NCBI GenBank assembly: GCA_050246315.1
Contig: JBFWWG010000001.1
Coordinates: 480,001-544,000 of the forward strand
DNA from: Nitrospiraceae bacterium
GTDB taxonomy: Bacteria > Nitrospirota > Nitrospiria > Nitrospirales > Nitrospiraceae
Length of the DNA stretch: 64,000 nucleotides
Direction of reading: 5' to 3'
Part shown: piece by piece, positions 48,336 to 57,875 of the stretch
Numbering within the stretch: the first letter of the stretch is position 1
How the letters are laid out: every line of letters begins with the position of its first letter
Position numbers and translations under genes: made by a program
Notes under the pieces: model-generated
Told to the model about the DNA's origin: nothing
Databases searched by the model: none
Seen by the model: the letters and a program-made list of their open reading frames with translations, nothing else

Positions 48336-48740
48336 TCAATGCATCGGAATAAAGGTTCGATAATGGTCGCCGGTGTAGTAGGCCTTGCCGCTGCGTTGAT
48401 CCACCACGATGCGCTCGGCTCCACGATTTCTGCCCGGCACGAACGGATGAACATCGTATTCGCGGTACCGGCCCGAAGGTAATCGCCGCTCGCGGTTCAT
48501 GAACGTCCTTCCTCCGACATAGCCGGGAGGCGGTTTGCCACGGTTCTGTTGGATGACGGCCAGCACCTCGTAAGCCGTCTCCGGCACACCCTCCACCCGC
48601 CGGTCGTGCGATGAAGCAGCGGCTTCAATCGATGTCGGCGGTTCCGGAAGAACCGGCCCCGCGCCCGCTAGATCGCCGTACCATCCGACGATCAACAGGA
48701 TTACCGCTAGGACCGATCGGAACAGAGAAGTCGATGTCAT
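48336..48740 (-). CDS. Secreted guanyl-specific ribonuclease (barnase/RNase Sa type)
   Basis: FMNRERRLP, YREYDV, RGAERIV, YYTGDHYRTF. Confidence 0.9.
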   Translation of the reverse strand: MTSTSLFRSVLAVILLIVGWYGDLAGAGPVLPEPPTSIEAAASSHDRRVEGVPETAYEVLAVIQQNRGKPPPGYVGGRTFMNRERRLPSGRYREYDVHPFVPGRNRGAERIVVDQRSGKAYYTGDHYRTFIPMH

Positions 48741-48886
48741 GGACTAGCTGTCGGTTACAATCGTGTTCATGCCAGAAGCACCGTAGCACTTCGCCACGAA
48801 TTGACACAATGAGTCGGGGCACTCAGCGGATCGCATTCATTGCGACCCCCGGACCCCTCTGTTAGAATCTCCTCGAACGTCATTAG

Positions 48887-49095
48887 CCCACATTATTCAT
48901 GACGGTTCGTGACGAAACTGCCTGGACGCCACGCGAGACGGGCACGCGGAGCTGTGAGGAAGGGAGGCATACTTGAAACAGTATGTCGACCGACCGAGCG
49001 GCGAGCCTGCCCGCTTGGGTGCGGGAAACCAGCAGCCACGCTTGTCGCAGCGGCGTATCGGCGGTTGCAGTAGAAGCGTTCATGAATAATGTGGG
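48887..49095. mobile_element. MITE copy (209 bp) immediately upstream of pyk
   Basis: Perfect 16-bp terminal inverted repeats CCCACATTATTCATGA. Confidence 0.85.
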
Positions 49096-49136
49096 TGAAC
49101 TCCCGCCCGCACCTTCGTGCCGGCCTATTCAATCAC

Positions 49137-50588
49137 ATGCGCAAAGCGAAGATCGTCTGCACAATCGGACCGGCGAGCCGCTCGGTTGCAACCCTGGAAC
49201 AATTAATCGACCACGGGATGGACGTGGCGCGGTTGAATTTCTCTCACGGCACATCGGAGCAGCATGCCGCTACGATCGCTCTCATCCGTCAAGCGGCTGC
49301 TCATCGGGGGCGAGCCATCGCCATTCTCCAGGATCTACAGGGACCGCGCATCCGGCTGGGTCTGCTGCCGCCGGAAGGCGTCGAGCTGCGGCCTGACCAG
49401 CGGGTGCGATTGGTCGGCTTGGCCCTGCGTTCCGGTGGACAGCATGGCTACCAGGCGAGCAGGACCGTGCCCGAAATCCAGATTCCGGTCACGTATCCGA
49501 ATCTGAGCCGTGATGTGAAGCCGGGCGCGAGGATTCTCATCGACGACGGCTTGATCGAATTGCGCGCGCTGACGGTCGAGTCATCGGATGTGCTCTGCAC
49601 CGTCGTTACGCCGGGCCTGGTGCACTCCAATAAAGGGATGAATCTGCCGGGCACCGCAATCAGCGCGGCGACATTGACCGACCGAGATCGGGAGCACATT
49701 CGATTCGGGGTCCAACAGGGCCTGGATTATCTCGCGCTGTCGTTTGTGCGGGGGCCCGCCGATATTGTGGAAGCGCGCTCTCTCCTGAAGGAGTGTGGCG
49801 GCGATCAGCCGATCATCGCCAAGATCGAACGGGCCGATGCCGTCGAGAAGCTGGACGCGATTCTTGAGCAGGCGGACGGCGTCATGATTGCGCGTGGCGA
49901 CCTGGGGGTCGAGATGGGGCCCGAGGTTGTGCCTATTCTGCAGAAGCGCATCATCAGCCAAGCCAACCGACGCCGCCGGCTCGTCATCACGGCCACGCAG
50001 ATGCTGGAATCAATGACACGGAGTCCCAGGCCAACAAGGGCGGAGGCCTCGGACGTAGCGAATGCGGTGTTTGACGGCACGGACGCGGTGATGCTCTCGG
50101 CCGAAACCGCAATCGGGCAGTATCCGGTCGAAGCGGTACGGGTGATGGACCGCATCGTACGGACGGCGGAGGTGGAGACCGGGCCGAGGTTCGTACGCCG
50201 CGCGCAGCCGGATCAGGGTCGGGTGTCCGTTCCAGAGGCCATTTCGACCTCGGCCTTCACGGCGGCCGCGGCCATCGGCGCCAGTGCGATCGTCGTCTTC
50301 AGCGAGAAGGGGATGACGGCCCGGCTCGTGTCGAAGCAGCGTCCGGCCGCCCCGATCATCGCATTCACGCCCTTCGAGGTGGTCCGGCAGCGGATGGCGC
50401 TCTATTGGGGTGTCGTGCCTCACACGATGGTCCAAATTGAGCATACCGACGAGCGCATCTCCGAGGCCGAGCGCCGCTTGAAAGAGGAAGGATTGGCAAA
50501 GTCCGGCCAACGCATCGTGATCCTGTCCGGGACAAGAATCGGATGGCCGGGCGGAACGAATTTGATGAAGTTGCACGAGGTGGGATGA
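49137..50588 (+). CDS. pyk: Pyruvate kinase
   Basis: KIVCTIGPAS, RLNFSHG, AKIE, MIARGDLG, ATQMLESM. Confidence 0.97.
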   Translation: MRKAKIVCTIGPASRSVATLEQLIDHGMDVARLNFSHGTSEQHAATIALIRQAAAHRGRAIAILQDLQGPRIRLGLLPPEGVELRPDQRVRLVGLALRSGGQHGYQASRTVPEIQIPVTYPNLSRDVKPGARILIDDGLIELRALTVESSDVLCTVVTPGLVHSNKGMNLPGTAISAATLTDRDREHIRFGVQQGLDYLALSFVRGPADIVEARSLLKECGGDQPIIAKIERADAVEKLDAILEQADGVMIARGDLGVEMGPEVVPILQKRIISQANRRRRLVITATQMLESMTRSPRPTRAEASDVANAVFDGTDAVMLSAETAIGQYPVEAVRVMDRIVRTAEVETGPRFVRRAQPDQGRVSVPEAISTSAFTAAAAIGASAIVVFSEKGMTARLVSKQRPAAPIIAFTPFEVVRQRMALYWGVVPHTMVQIEHTDERISEAERRLKEEGLAKSGQRIVILSGTRIGWPGGTNLMKLHEVG

Positions 50589-51334
50589 GGAGCCGCGCCT
50601 GTAGCAGGACCGAGGCTCCAGCGCCGCCGAGGGACGCGTCATTCTTATCCGCCGGGGGGAAGCCTTCGGAAATTCCCTCGCAGACTCGGTCAGTTCCCGC
50701 TTTCCTCCCCGGCAGGAGGATCGTCTCGGCGGCAAGGTCGCCCCACGTCCCGTCACAGGCCCGACACGAGGAGGACAGGGAGAGACGAATCCACAGGCTG
50801 TGGTTTCTGCTGATAGCTCTTTCGATCTCTTGGTTAACGGTCGGGAAGGCGGGGGCTCAGTCGGGCGGGCTCACGCACGATCCGACGGAGATCCTCAATC
50901 GCTACTTCACGCTCGATTCGAAGGGCGCCCGGTTGGAATCCCTTTCGTACGAAACGGTTGCGCCCTATGTCGCCTGGAAGGACGAGCCGGTGTGGGGTCA
51001 TGCGGTCGTCATCGAGGGCTTCAAGGTGATCAACGAGACGAGCCAGTGGGAGATCGTGAACAACCTGGAGGTCGTGATCCCGGTCGAGTTCAAGGTGCTC
51101 GGCTTGGTGTACTATGAGAAGGCCATCTTCATCCCGGAGCCGGGACCGGAGGTGGTCCGAGTACGGGTCAAGGCGGTGAGGAATCGCTGGCGCATCGTCG
51201 AGCCCGTGCTGCCGCCCCACATCGGGCATAAGCGAATGATCAACCACGTCCGGCAGGCCTGGCTCGACGAAACGGACCAGGCCAAACGAGAGCAGTTGGA
51301 GGCGCTTCGAGAGGCGATCCGGAAGGCAAAATGA
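50543..51334 (+). CDS. Exported hypothetical protein (true start probably near 50750-50800)
   Basis: Hydrophobic segment followed by a globular domain; ATGA overlap with the HAD gene. Confidence 0.6.
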   Translation: MAGRNEFDEVARGGMRSRACSRTEAPAPPRDASFLSAGGKPSEIPSQTRSVPAFLPGRRIVSAARSPHVPSQARHEEDRERRIHRLWFLLIALSISWLTVGKAGAQSGGLTHDPTEILNRYFTLDSKGARLESLSYETVAPYVAWKDEPVWGHAVVIEGFKVINETSQWEIVNNLEVVIPVEFKVLGLVYYEKAIFIPEPGPEVVRVRVKAVRNRWRIVEPVLPPHIGHKRMINHVRQAWLDETDQAKREQLEALREAIRKAK

Positions 51335-51981
51335 CCATGCGTGTTCCCGTGAAGTTGTTGATTTTTGACCTCGACGGTACGTTGATTGAGTCCAGATGGG
51401 ATATCGCGAACGCCGTCAACCTGACGCTGCGGGATCTGGGATTGCCGGAACGGCCGCAGGAGGAGATCTTCGGATTCGTCGGCGATGGAGTGAAGCGCCT
51501 ATTGAGACTTGCGGTCGGCGAAATGGACGAGACTCGCTATGCCGAGGCCCTGCGCGTCTTTCGCGCCCATTATCTGGAGCATTGTCTGGATCGGACGAGA
51601 TTCTATCCCGGCGTCGAGCCCGTGCTGGCGCATTTCGCGCAGAAATCGAAGGCGGTCGCCACGAACAAGGCGTTGGAGTACACCAAGGTGATACTCAAGG
51701 GGCTGGGCGACCACCACTTCGACTACATCGTCGGCGGCGACAACGGTTTCGGGCTCAAACCCGAGCCGGGCATGCTGCTGCACATCCTCGATCAGTTGGG
51801 CGTGGACAAGGAACAGGCGGTGTTGATCGGGGACAGCACCAACGACATCAACGGCGGACACAATGCGGGGATTCGCGTGTGCGCGGTCGGGTACGGCATG
51901 GGCAATCGAGAACGGATGCAGGCCTGCCAACCGGACTGGTTTATCGAACGGCCGGAAGAACTCATGGAGATCTTTATATGA
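51331..51981 (+). CDS. HAD-IA hydrolase (phosphoglycolate phosphatase-like)
   Basis: FDLDGTL, ATNK, KPEP, IGDS. Confidence 0.9.
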   Translation: MTMRVPVKLLIFDLDGTLIESRWDIANAVNLTLRDLGLPERPQEEIFGFVGDGVKRLLRLAVGEMDETRYAEALRVFRAHYLEHCLDRTRFYPGVEPVLAHFAQKSKAVATNKALEYTKVILKGLGDHHFDYIVGGDNGFGLKPEPGMLLHILDQLGVDKEQAVLIGDSTNDINGGHNAGIRVCAVGYGMGNRERMQACQPDWFIERPEELMEIFI

Positions 51982-53642
51982 AACACAAGTTCAGGTCGAG
52001 GCTCAGGACAAGATTGAGGTTCGGATCGGGTGGGAGTCGAGATGTGAATCGGAGGACCTACTTGATGGTTGTCCCGGCATGCCTCATTCTCAGCCTGAGT
52101 CTCCACCTCGGCCTTGGGCTTGGCCTCGCGATGGCGGCCCCCGGCCTGATCGACCGCGTCATCGAACATCGGCTGGCGAACGGCCTCACCTTGCTTATGG
52201 TGGAGCGCCATCATGCGCCGGTTGTGTCCATCAACGTGACGTTCGGCGTGGGCGGCGTCAACGAACTGACCGGCCAGACCGGCGTGGCGCATCTGTATGA
52301 ACATATGGCCTTCAAGGGGACGCGTCGCCTCGGGACGACGAACTACGAGCAGGAGCGCCCGCTGCTGGAGGAGTTGGACCGGGTCAATGCCGAACTGGAA
52401 CAAGCGCGCCGGGAAGCCGCGGAATTGAAAAGCAAGGCACGGCCTGAGGACCAGGCGCTGCAAGCGAAGGTGGCCGAACTGGAAGCGCGCTTCATCCACC
52501 TTCAAGAGAAGGCCGGGGCCTATGTCGTCGAGAATGAAATCCCGCTGCTGTACCAACGGCACGGAGGCGTCGGGATGAATGCCTCGACCGGCAAGGATGT
52601 CACGCGCTATGTGGTCAGTCTGCCGTCGAACCGCCTGCCGCTCTGGGCCGCCATCGAGGCCGATCGCATGGGCCATCCCGTGATGCGGGAGTTTTATAAG
52701 GAACGGGCGGTGGTCATGGAAGAGCGGCGACTCAGAACCGACGACAGTCCGGCCGGGCTTCTGTACGAGGCGTTCTCGGCGGTGGCCTTTCATGCGCACC
52801 CCTACCACGCGCCGACCATCGGCTGGGGATCGGACATCCAAACTCTCACGCCGGCTGTGACGGAGGACTTTTTCAAGAGGTACTACGCGCCGAACAATGC
52901 GGTGATCGCGATCGTGGGCGACATCAACCCGACCGAGGTCGTCGAACTCGTGGAGCGGACGTTCGGCAAAATTCCAAGAGGCCCGATGCCGCCGCCGATT
53001 GTCACGGTGGAACCGGTTCAGCGGGGCGAACGTCGGGTGGAGGTGGAGTTCGATGCGGAGCCGGTCGTCCTGATCGGGTATCACAAGCCGGCCATCGGCC
53101 ATCCCGACGACTATGTGTTCGACGTGATCGAGGCGGTGCTCTCCGACGGCGTCACCTCCCGGCTCTATGAGCGGTTGGTGCGGGAGAAGAAGCTCGCGGT
53201 GTCGGTGGACAGCGATACGACGTTTCCCGGCGCGCAGTTTCCGAACCTGTTTGCGATCAGCGCGGCGCCGCGTGCGCCCCATACGACGGCTGAGGTTGAG
53301 ACAGCGATCTATGTCGAATTGGAGCGGTTGAAAACAGAGCCGGTCTCAAAGAGCGAGTTGGAGAAGGTGATCAATAATATCGATGCGTATCTCCTGCGGT
53401 CCCTGCGGTCCAGCAGCGGACTGGCCGGGTCGTTGGCCTATTACCAGACGGTCACGGGCGATTGGCGGTACCTCGTGACAGGGCGCGCTCGAATTGCATC
53501 GGTGACCCCGGAGGACATTCAACGAGTGGCGCGAGCCTACTTCACCAAGAGCAACCGAACGGTCGTGACCCTGGTGAAGGTCCCGGCCTCGAACAAGGTG
53601 GCCCACACGGAGCCGGCGACGCAGACGGAGGTCAGACCATGA
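51978..53642 (+). CDS. M16 (pitrilysin) zinc peptidase, catalytic subunit
   Basis: AHLYEHMAFKG (HxxEH), NAST, ERAVVMEERR. Confidence 0.93.
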   Translation: MKHKFRSRLRTRLRFGSGGSRDVNRRTYLMVVPACLILSLSLHLGLGLGLAMAAPGLIDRVIEHRLANGLTLLMVERHHAPVVSINVTFGVGGVNELTGQTGVAHLYEHMAFKGTRRLGTTNYEQERPLLEELDRVNAELEQARREAAELKSKARPEDQALQAKVAELEARFIHLQEKAGAYVVENEIPLLYQRHGGVGMNASTGKDVTRYVVSLPSNRLPLWAAIEADRMGHPVMREFYKERAVVMEERRLRTDDSPAGLLYEAFSAVAFHAHPYHAPTIGWGSDIQTLTPAVTEDFFKRYYAPNNAVIAIVGDINPTEVVELVERTFGKIPRGPMPPPIVTVEPVQRGERRVEVEFDAEPVVLIGYHKPAIGHPDDYVFDVIEAVLSDGVTSRLYERLVREKKLAVSVDSDTTFPGAQFPNLFAISAAPRAPHTTAEVETAIYVELERLKTEPVSKSELEKVINNIDAYLLRSLRSSSGLAGSLAYYQTVTGDWRYLVTGRARIASVTPEDIQRVARAYFTKSNRTVVTLVKVPASNKVAHTEPATQTEVRP

Positions 53643-55123
53643 GCCGCAGGATCGGAATACAGAGTGGCCCAAGCGCGCGACTGCACGTGTGGATCGTCCT
53701 CCTCGTCGGCCTGATGGCCGTGCTGCCGCTGAATCGCGCGAGGGCGGAGACGGCCTCGTTGCCCGACCCGCGCCAGATGAAATTCGACCCGGTGACGTTC
53801 ACGCCGCCCCATGTCGAACGGCTGGTGTTGGACAACGGCCTGGTGGTGTTTCTGCTGGAGGACCATGAGCTGCCGCTGGTGACGGTCTCGGCCATGATGC
53901 GGACCGGATCGTGGCTCGATCCCGAGGAGAAGACCGGGTTGGCCGGGCTCACCGGCCACCTGATGCGGACCGGCGGGTCCGGCAGGATGTCCGCCAACCA
54001 GGTAGACGAGGAATTGGAACGGATTGCCGCCGGCATCTCGTTCAGCATCGGGGAGGAGTCCGGATCGGCCACGCTCGATGTCCTGAAAAAGGACCTGCAT
54101 ACCGGCTTACGGATCTTCGCGGACCTGTTGCGTACGCCGGCGTTCGAGCAAGAGCGGGTGGAGCTGGCGAAGCTGCAAGCGATCGAGGGCATTCGCCGCC
54201 GGCAAGACCAGCCCGGCTCCATCGCTGCGCGCGAGTTCGCCAAGCTCATGTACGGTCCGACCCACCCCTATGCGCGCGAGAGCACGGTGGAGTCGATCAC
54301 CAAGATCACGCGCGACGATCTTGCCGAGTTTCATCGACGGACGATCCATCCCAACGGGTTGATCGTCGGCGTCAGCGGGGATTTCGAAAAGGCGGCGATG
54401 CTGGCGCTGCTGCGCGAGACCTTCGGCGACTGGGCCGGCGGCGACGTCCCGAAACTGACCATGCCGCCGATCGCTCCAGCCGCGGCGGAGCAATCGAAGA
54501 TGCTGGTGCACTATGTCGGGAAAGAGACCGCGCAGGCCCACTTGCGGGCCGGCAGCTTGACGATCAAGGAGACTCATCCGGACTATCCGGCGCTGGCCAT
54601 TGTGAACGATATTCTAGGGGGAGCCGGATTCCGCAGCCGATTATTCAAAGATGTGCGGACCAATCGCGGGCTCGCCTATTCCGTCGGCAGCCGGTTGCAG
54701 GCCAATGTCTACGAACAGGGGCTCTGGTACATGCGTGCGGAAACCAAGCTGGCCTCCGCGCAGGAGGTGATCGGCCGGTTTGTGGACAACGTGGAACGGA
54801 TGCGCAAGGAGCCGGTGACGGCCGAGGAGTTGGAGGAGGCCAAGGAGTCCTTCGTCAACTCGTTCGTCTTTTCGTTCGCCAGCAGCGCCAGCATCGTGGC
54901 CCGGCAGGTAGATCTGGAATACGACGGACTTCCCAAGGACTGGCTCCAACAGCTCCGCGACAAGGTGGTGAAGCTGACTAAGGAAGATTTGCTTCGCGTC
55001 GCGCAGACCCACCTGCATCCCGAGCGGCTGAAAGTCTTGGCCGTAGGGTCTCCGGCGGCGCTTTCCAAAGCGCTGGCGGGGTTCGGGGATGTGAGGGAGA
55101 TTAAGCTGCCGCCGGAGGGGTGA
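53639..55123 (+). CDS. M16 peptidase, non-catalytic subunit
   Basis: EDHELPLV, SRLFKDVRTNRGLAYSV, no HxxEH. Confidence 0.9.
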   Translation: MSRRIGIQSGPSARLHVWIVLLVGLMAVLPLNRARAETASLPDPRQMKFDPVTFTPPHVERLVLDNGLVVFLLEDHELPLVTVSAMMRTGSWLDPEEKTGLAGLTGHLMRTGGSGRMSANQVDEELERIAAGISFSIGEESGSATLDVLKKDLHTGLRIFADLLRTPAFEQERVELAKLQAIEGIRRRQDQPGSIAAREFAKLMYGPTHPYARESTVESITKITRDDLAEFHRRTIHPNGLIVGVSGDFEKAAMLALLRETFGDWAGGDVPKLTMPPIAPAAAEQSKMLVHYVGKETAQAHLRAGSLTIKETHPDYPALAIVNDILGGAGFRSRLFKDVRTNRGLAYSVGSRLQANVYEQGLWYMRAETKLASAQEVIGRFVDNVERMRKEPVTAEELEEAKESFVNSFVFSFASSASIVARQVDLEYDGLPKDWLQQLRDKVVKLTKEDLLRVAQTHLHPERLKVLAVGSPAALSKALAGFGDVREIKLPPEG

Positions 55124-55430
55124 GGGGAGGAGCCGGTGGGACGGATGGGTCTCGTGCTCGCGCGCCCCGCACGCAAGATCAATCTGATTGTTCAAGTCGC
55201 GGGCGGTGCTCGGCGAACGCGCGCAATAAGCTCCATCCGTCCCGCCGTCTCGGCGAGTGAAGGTCAGAAAAAAGTGGACTCCTCGACGGCCGCAGTTGGA
55301 GAGTATCCACCGGCACACCGCCTTGGGAGACTGATGAAAGGGTGGATGCGCGCAGTGGGAAGAACCGCCCGCGTGTTCCGGAGGAGAATAACGCGAGGAG
55401 GAGCCAGCACAGCAAACAAGAGGATAGACA

Positions 55431-55643
55431 ATGGGACAGAATTACACTGCCGTGATTAAGCAAGATGCGGGTTGGTGGATCGGCTGGATTGAGGAAGTTC
55501 CTGGTGTGAACTGTCAGGAACAGACGCGAGAAGCGTTGATCGAGAGCTTGCGCGTGACTCTCAAGGAAGCACTGGAGCTGAATCGCCAGGATGCCTTAGG
55601 AGCGGCCGGTGAGAATTTTGAAGAAACTCCCATCGCGATATGA
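55431..55643 (+). CDS. hicB: HicB-family antitoxin (short form)
   Basis: YTAVIKQDAGWWIGWIEEVPGVNCQEQTREALIESL. Confidence 0.88.
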   Translation: MGQNYTAVIKQDAGWWIGWIEEVPGVNCQEQTREALIESLRVTLKEALELNRQDALGAAGENFEETPIAI

Positions 55644-55828
55644 AGCGCGAAGCCTTTCTGCGTCATCTTCGGCAATATGGTTGTGAGCTGCTCCGTGAAG
55701 GGGCGAGACATTCCTGGTGGCACAACCCTTCGCTGAATACGCGCTCAGCCGTTCCACGCCACACCGAGATCAACGACCATCTTGCCAGAAAAATCTGCAA
55801 GGACCTGAAGATCCCAATTCTGCCGTGA
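55640..55828 (+). CDS. hicA: HicA-family toxin
   Basis: LREGARHSWW, VPRHTEI; ATGA overlap with hicB. Confidence 0.9.
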   Translation: MKREAFLRHLRQYGCELLREGARHSWWHNPSLNTRSAVPRHTEINDHLARKICKDLKIPILP

Positions 55829-56176
55829 GCAGAAACACCGTCAATCGGCTGGAAGTGAATGGGCGAGCCAGCGGGTAGTTCTTCCGGTGCTCGCAGAGCC
55901 CGCACGATCGGAAGTGATGGAAGGGCGACTCGTGCCGATCCCTTGCTCCCAGAGCCCGCGTGCTCAGAAGCACGCGGGCTCGATGGCCGCAGTGGGACCA
56001 ACACGAGCGCCCTTCCGGGAAAAGAAGCAACGAGCAAGCTTTGAGGGATTAATTTGATGGTTGTTCGATGCGCGCAATTGAAGGCAAACCGAACAGCCGT
56101 TCGGAGGGGAGAAACGATATGGCCCGGCGGTGCCAGTGGACCTGTTGCTCTTCACATCGCAACGGGTCGCACGGTG

Positions 56177-56210
56177 ATTGCAGTAGAATCGTTCATGAAT
56201 AATGCGGGCT
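56177..56210. repeat. Solo MITE terminus
   Basis: GATTGCAGTAGAATCGTTCATGAATAATGCGGGCT matches the end at 49062-49095. Confidence 0.65.
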
Positions 56211-56224
56211 GAGGCGCTTGATAA

Positions 56225-56539
56225 CTACGATGCCATATTCAAGGCCCTCGACCCCGCCCACGGTTTGATCTTCGCGAGCTTGGCGCGCAATGCCCGCTCC
56301 GCCACTTCCATGTCATAGGCCGCTTGCGCTCGAAGCCAGTAGCCGTTCGACAGGCAAAAAAATCGGCACAAGCGCAAGTCGGTGTCGGCAGTCACAGCCC
56401 GTTTCCCCGCGACAATGTCGCCGATACGTTGCGCCGGCACACCGGTCTCCTTCGCCAGCCGATATTGACTGATCGCCATAGGTTTCAGGAATTCTTCCAA
56501 CAAGAGATCGCCGGGCGTCACAGGTTTGAGCTTGCGCAT
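56225..56539 (-). CDS. higA: HigA/VapI antitoxin
   Basis: PGDLLLEEFLKPMAISQYRLAK..TADTDLRL..WLRAQ. Confidence 0.9.
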   Translation of the reverse strand: MRKLKPVTPGDLLLEEFLKPMAISQYRLAKETGVPAQRIGDIVAGKRAVTADTDLRLCRFFCLSNGYWLRAQAAYDMEVAERALRAKLAKIKPWAGSRALNMAS

Positions 56540-56551
56540 CGCTATCTCCGC

Positions 56552-56623
56552 TCAATGATAATCCACAATCTCGACATCTTCAGCGCCAGTATCCGTCCAA
56601 CGGAAACAGAGACGGAACTGATC
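56552..56623 (-). pseudogene. higB: C-terminal remnant of HigB toxin
   Basis: Minus strand translation DQFRLCFRWTDTGAEDVEIVDYH*, directly upstream of higA. Confidence 0.85.
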
Positions 56624-56721
56624 GTGTCGAAACGGAGTCGAGAGTCGTTTTCAGACGGTACCGCGCGGTCATTAGGTCACGACGCTGGCCGAGTTCAGGG
56701 AATCTCGAAAATAATCTCCAC

Positions 56722-57096
56722 TCACACGGCGATCTCGAGCTGAATTCGTTCATAGGGCACGGTCGGCGTGACGGAGTCGCGGAGATGCGCACCCGATTTC
56801 AGATGTACAAGTCCGAGATCGGTGAGGAGCTCCACATCGGCATGCACGTTCTTGAAGTTCCGGCGGGCCAGTTTGGCCAGGGCGGCAATGGAACGGGGGT
56901 GACGAAACCGGATCAGGTGAAGCAAGATTGAGCGAGACGGTGTGAGCACCTATCTCATGGCTTCCACGCTGACAAAGTAGACCCCCGCTCGTTTGGGTAC
57001 GACCTGACCTGCCTGAGGAGCATTGAGCGTCCCACCGAACTCCTCTAGCCTCTCCGATAAGGGACGCACTCCCACTTTCAGCCGTTTGATCTTCAT
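56722..57096 (-). pseudogene. HVO_A0114-like winged-helix antitoxin/regulator with in-frame TAG at 56950-56952
   Basis: ...FVSVEAMR*VLTPSR..PRSIAALAKLARRNFKNVHADV in a single frame. Confidence 0.75.
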
Positions 57097-57228
57097 GGCT
57101 CGAACTCCTTCCCCCATCTTAAACATATCCTGGTGAAAGGTCTTGTCCTTGTAGGCTGCCATGGACTCTCCCGCCTCTGTTGTGTGAGACTGATTGCCCT
57201 AGAAGTCATTTCATAACCCAATGACCGT

Positions 57229-57253
57229 GCTTCGACAAGCTCAGCACGAACGG
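57229..57253. repeat. REP-like sequence GCTTCGACAAGCTCAGCACGAACGG
   Basis: Matches the widespread TTCGACAAGCTCAG extragenic repeat core. Confidence 0.55.
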
Positions 57254-57273
57254 AGAAGAAATGAATGTTGGTG

Positions 57274-57523
57274 CTTCTCCGCCGGCGCTGTGAGAAAAAG
57301 GCGATGAATAGCCGCCGGCTCTAGCAAAGCTTGGTATGGAAAAGCAGGAGAAGAATCACTGAAGGGGTCTCTCCGGCGGCGTCAATGAAGAGGGGCGTCG
57401 CCCGATGAGCCGCCGGCTCAAGCAAAGCTTGGTATTAGAGTAAAGGACACTGGAGGATTTCTCCGCTCGCCTCAAATACGATAAAGCGATAAATAGGCTC
57501 GCGGCTCAAGCAAAGCTTGGTAT
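57274..57523 (+). repeat. Three-unit degenerate tandem array (periods 98 and 88 bp)
   Basis: GGCTC(T/A)AGCAAAGCTTGGTAT ends at 57337, 57435 and 57523; each unit has a TCTCCG block upstream. Confidence 0.8.
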
Positions 57524-57530
57524 GGAGGGG

Positions 57531-57830
57531 ATGGCCATGGTGACCTATGTCTTGCTCCTCAACTGGACGGATCAAGGCATCAAGAACGTCAAGGATTCGC
57601 CGAAGCGGCTGGACGCGGTAAAAAAGCTCGCGAAAGACATGGGCGGCGAGGTCAAATCCTTCTTCATGACGTTGGGGGCTTACGACCTGGTCCTCATCGT
57701 CGAGATGTCGAACAACGACAAGCTGGCGAGTTTCGTGCTGAAGTTGGGCTCGCTCGGCAATGTCCGCTCGACGACGTTGAAGGCCTACTCCGAAGACGAA
57801 TACCGGCGGATCATTGGGAGCCTCAGTTAG
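57531..57830 (+). CDS. GYD domain protein
   Basis: NWTDQGIKNV..TLGAYD..GNVRSTTLKA. Confidence 0.88.
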   Translation: MAMVTYVLLLNWTDQGIKNVKDSPKRLDAVKKLAKDMGGEVKSFFMTLGAYDLVLIVEMSNNDKLASFVLKLGSLGNVRSTTLKAYSEDEYRRIIGSLS

Positions 57831-57875
57831 GTCCTGCCTGTTCGGACTGCACCCGGAGCGAAGGATCATTATATT

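Noticed and set aside
57274..57523. CRISPR array
   Set aside because: Only three degenerate units with unequal periods; the intervening sequences share motifs; no cas genes in the window.
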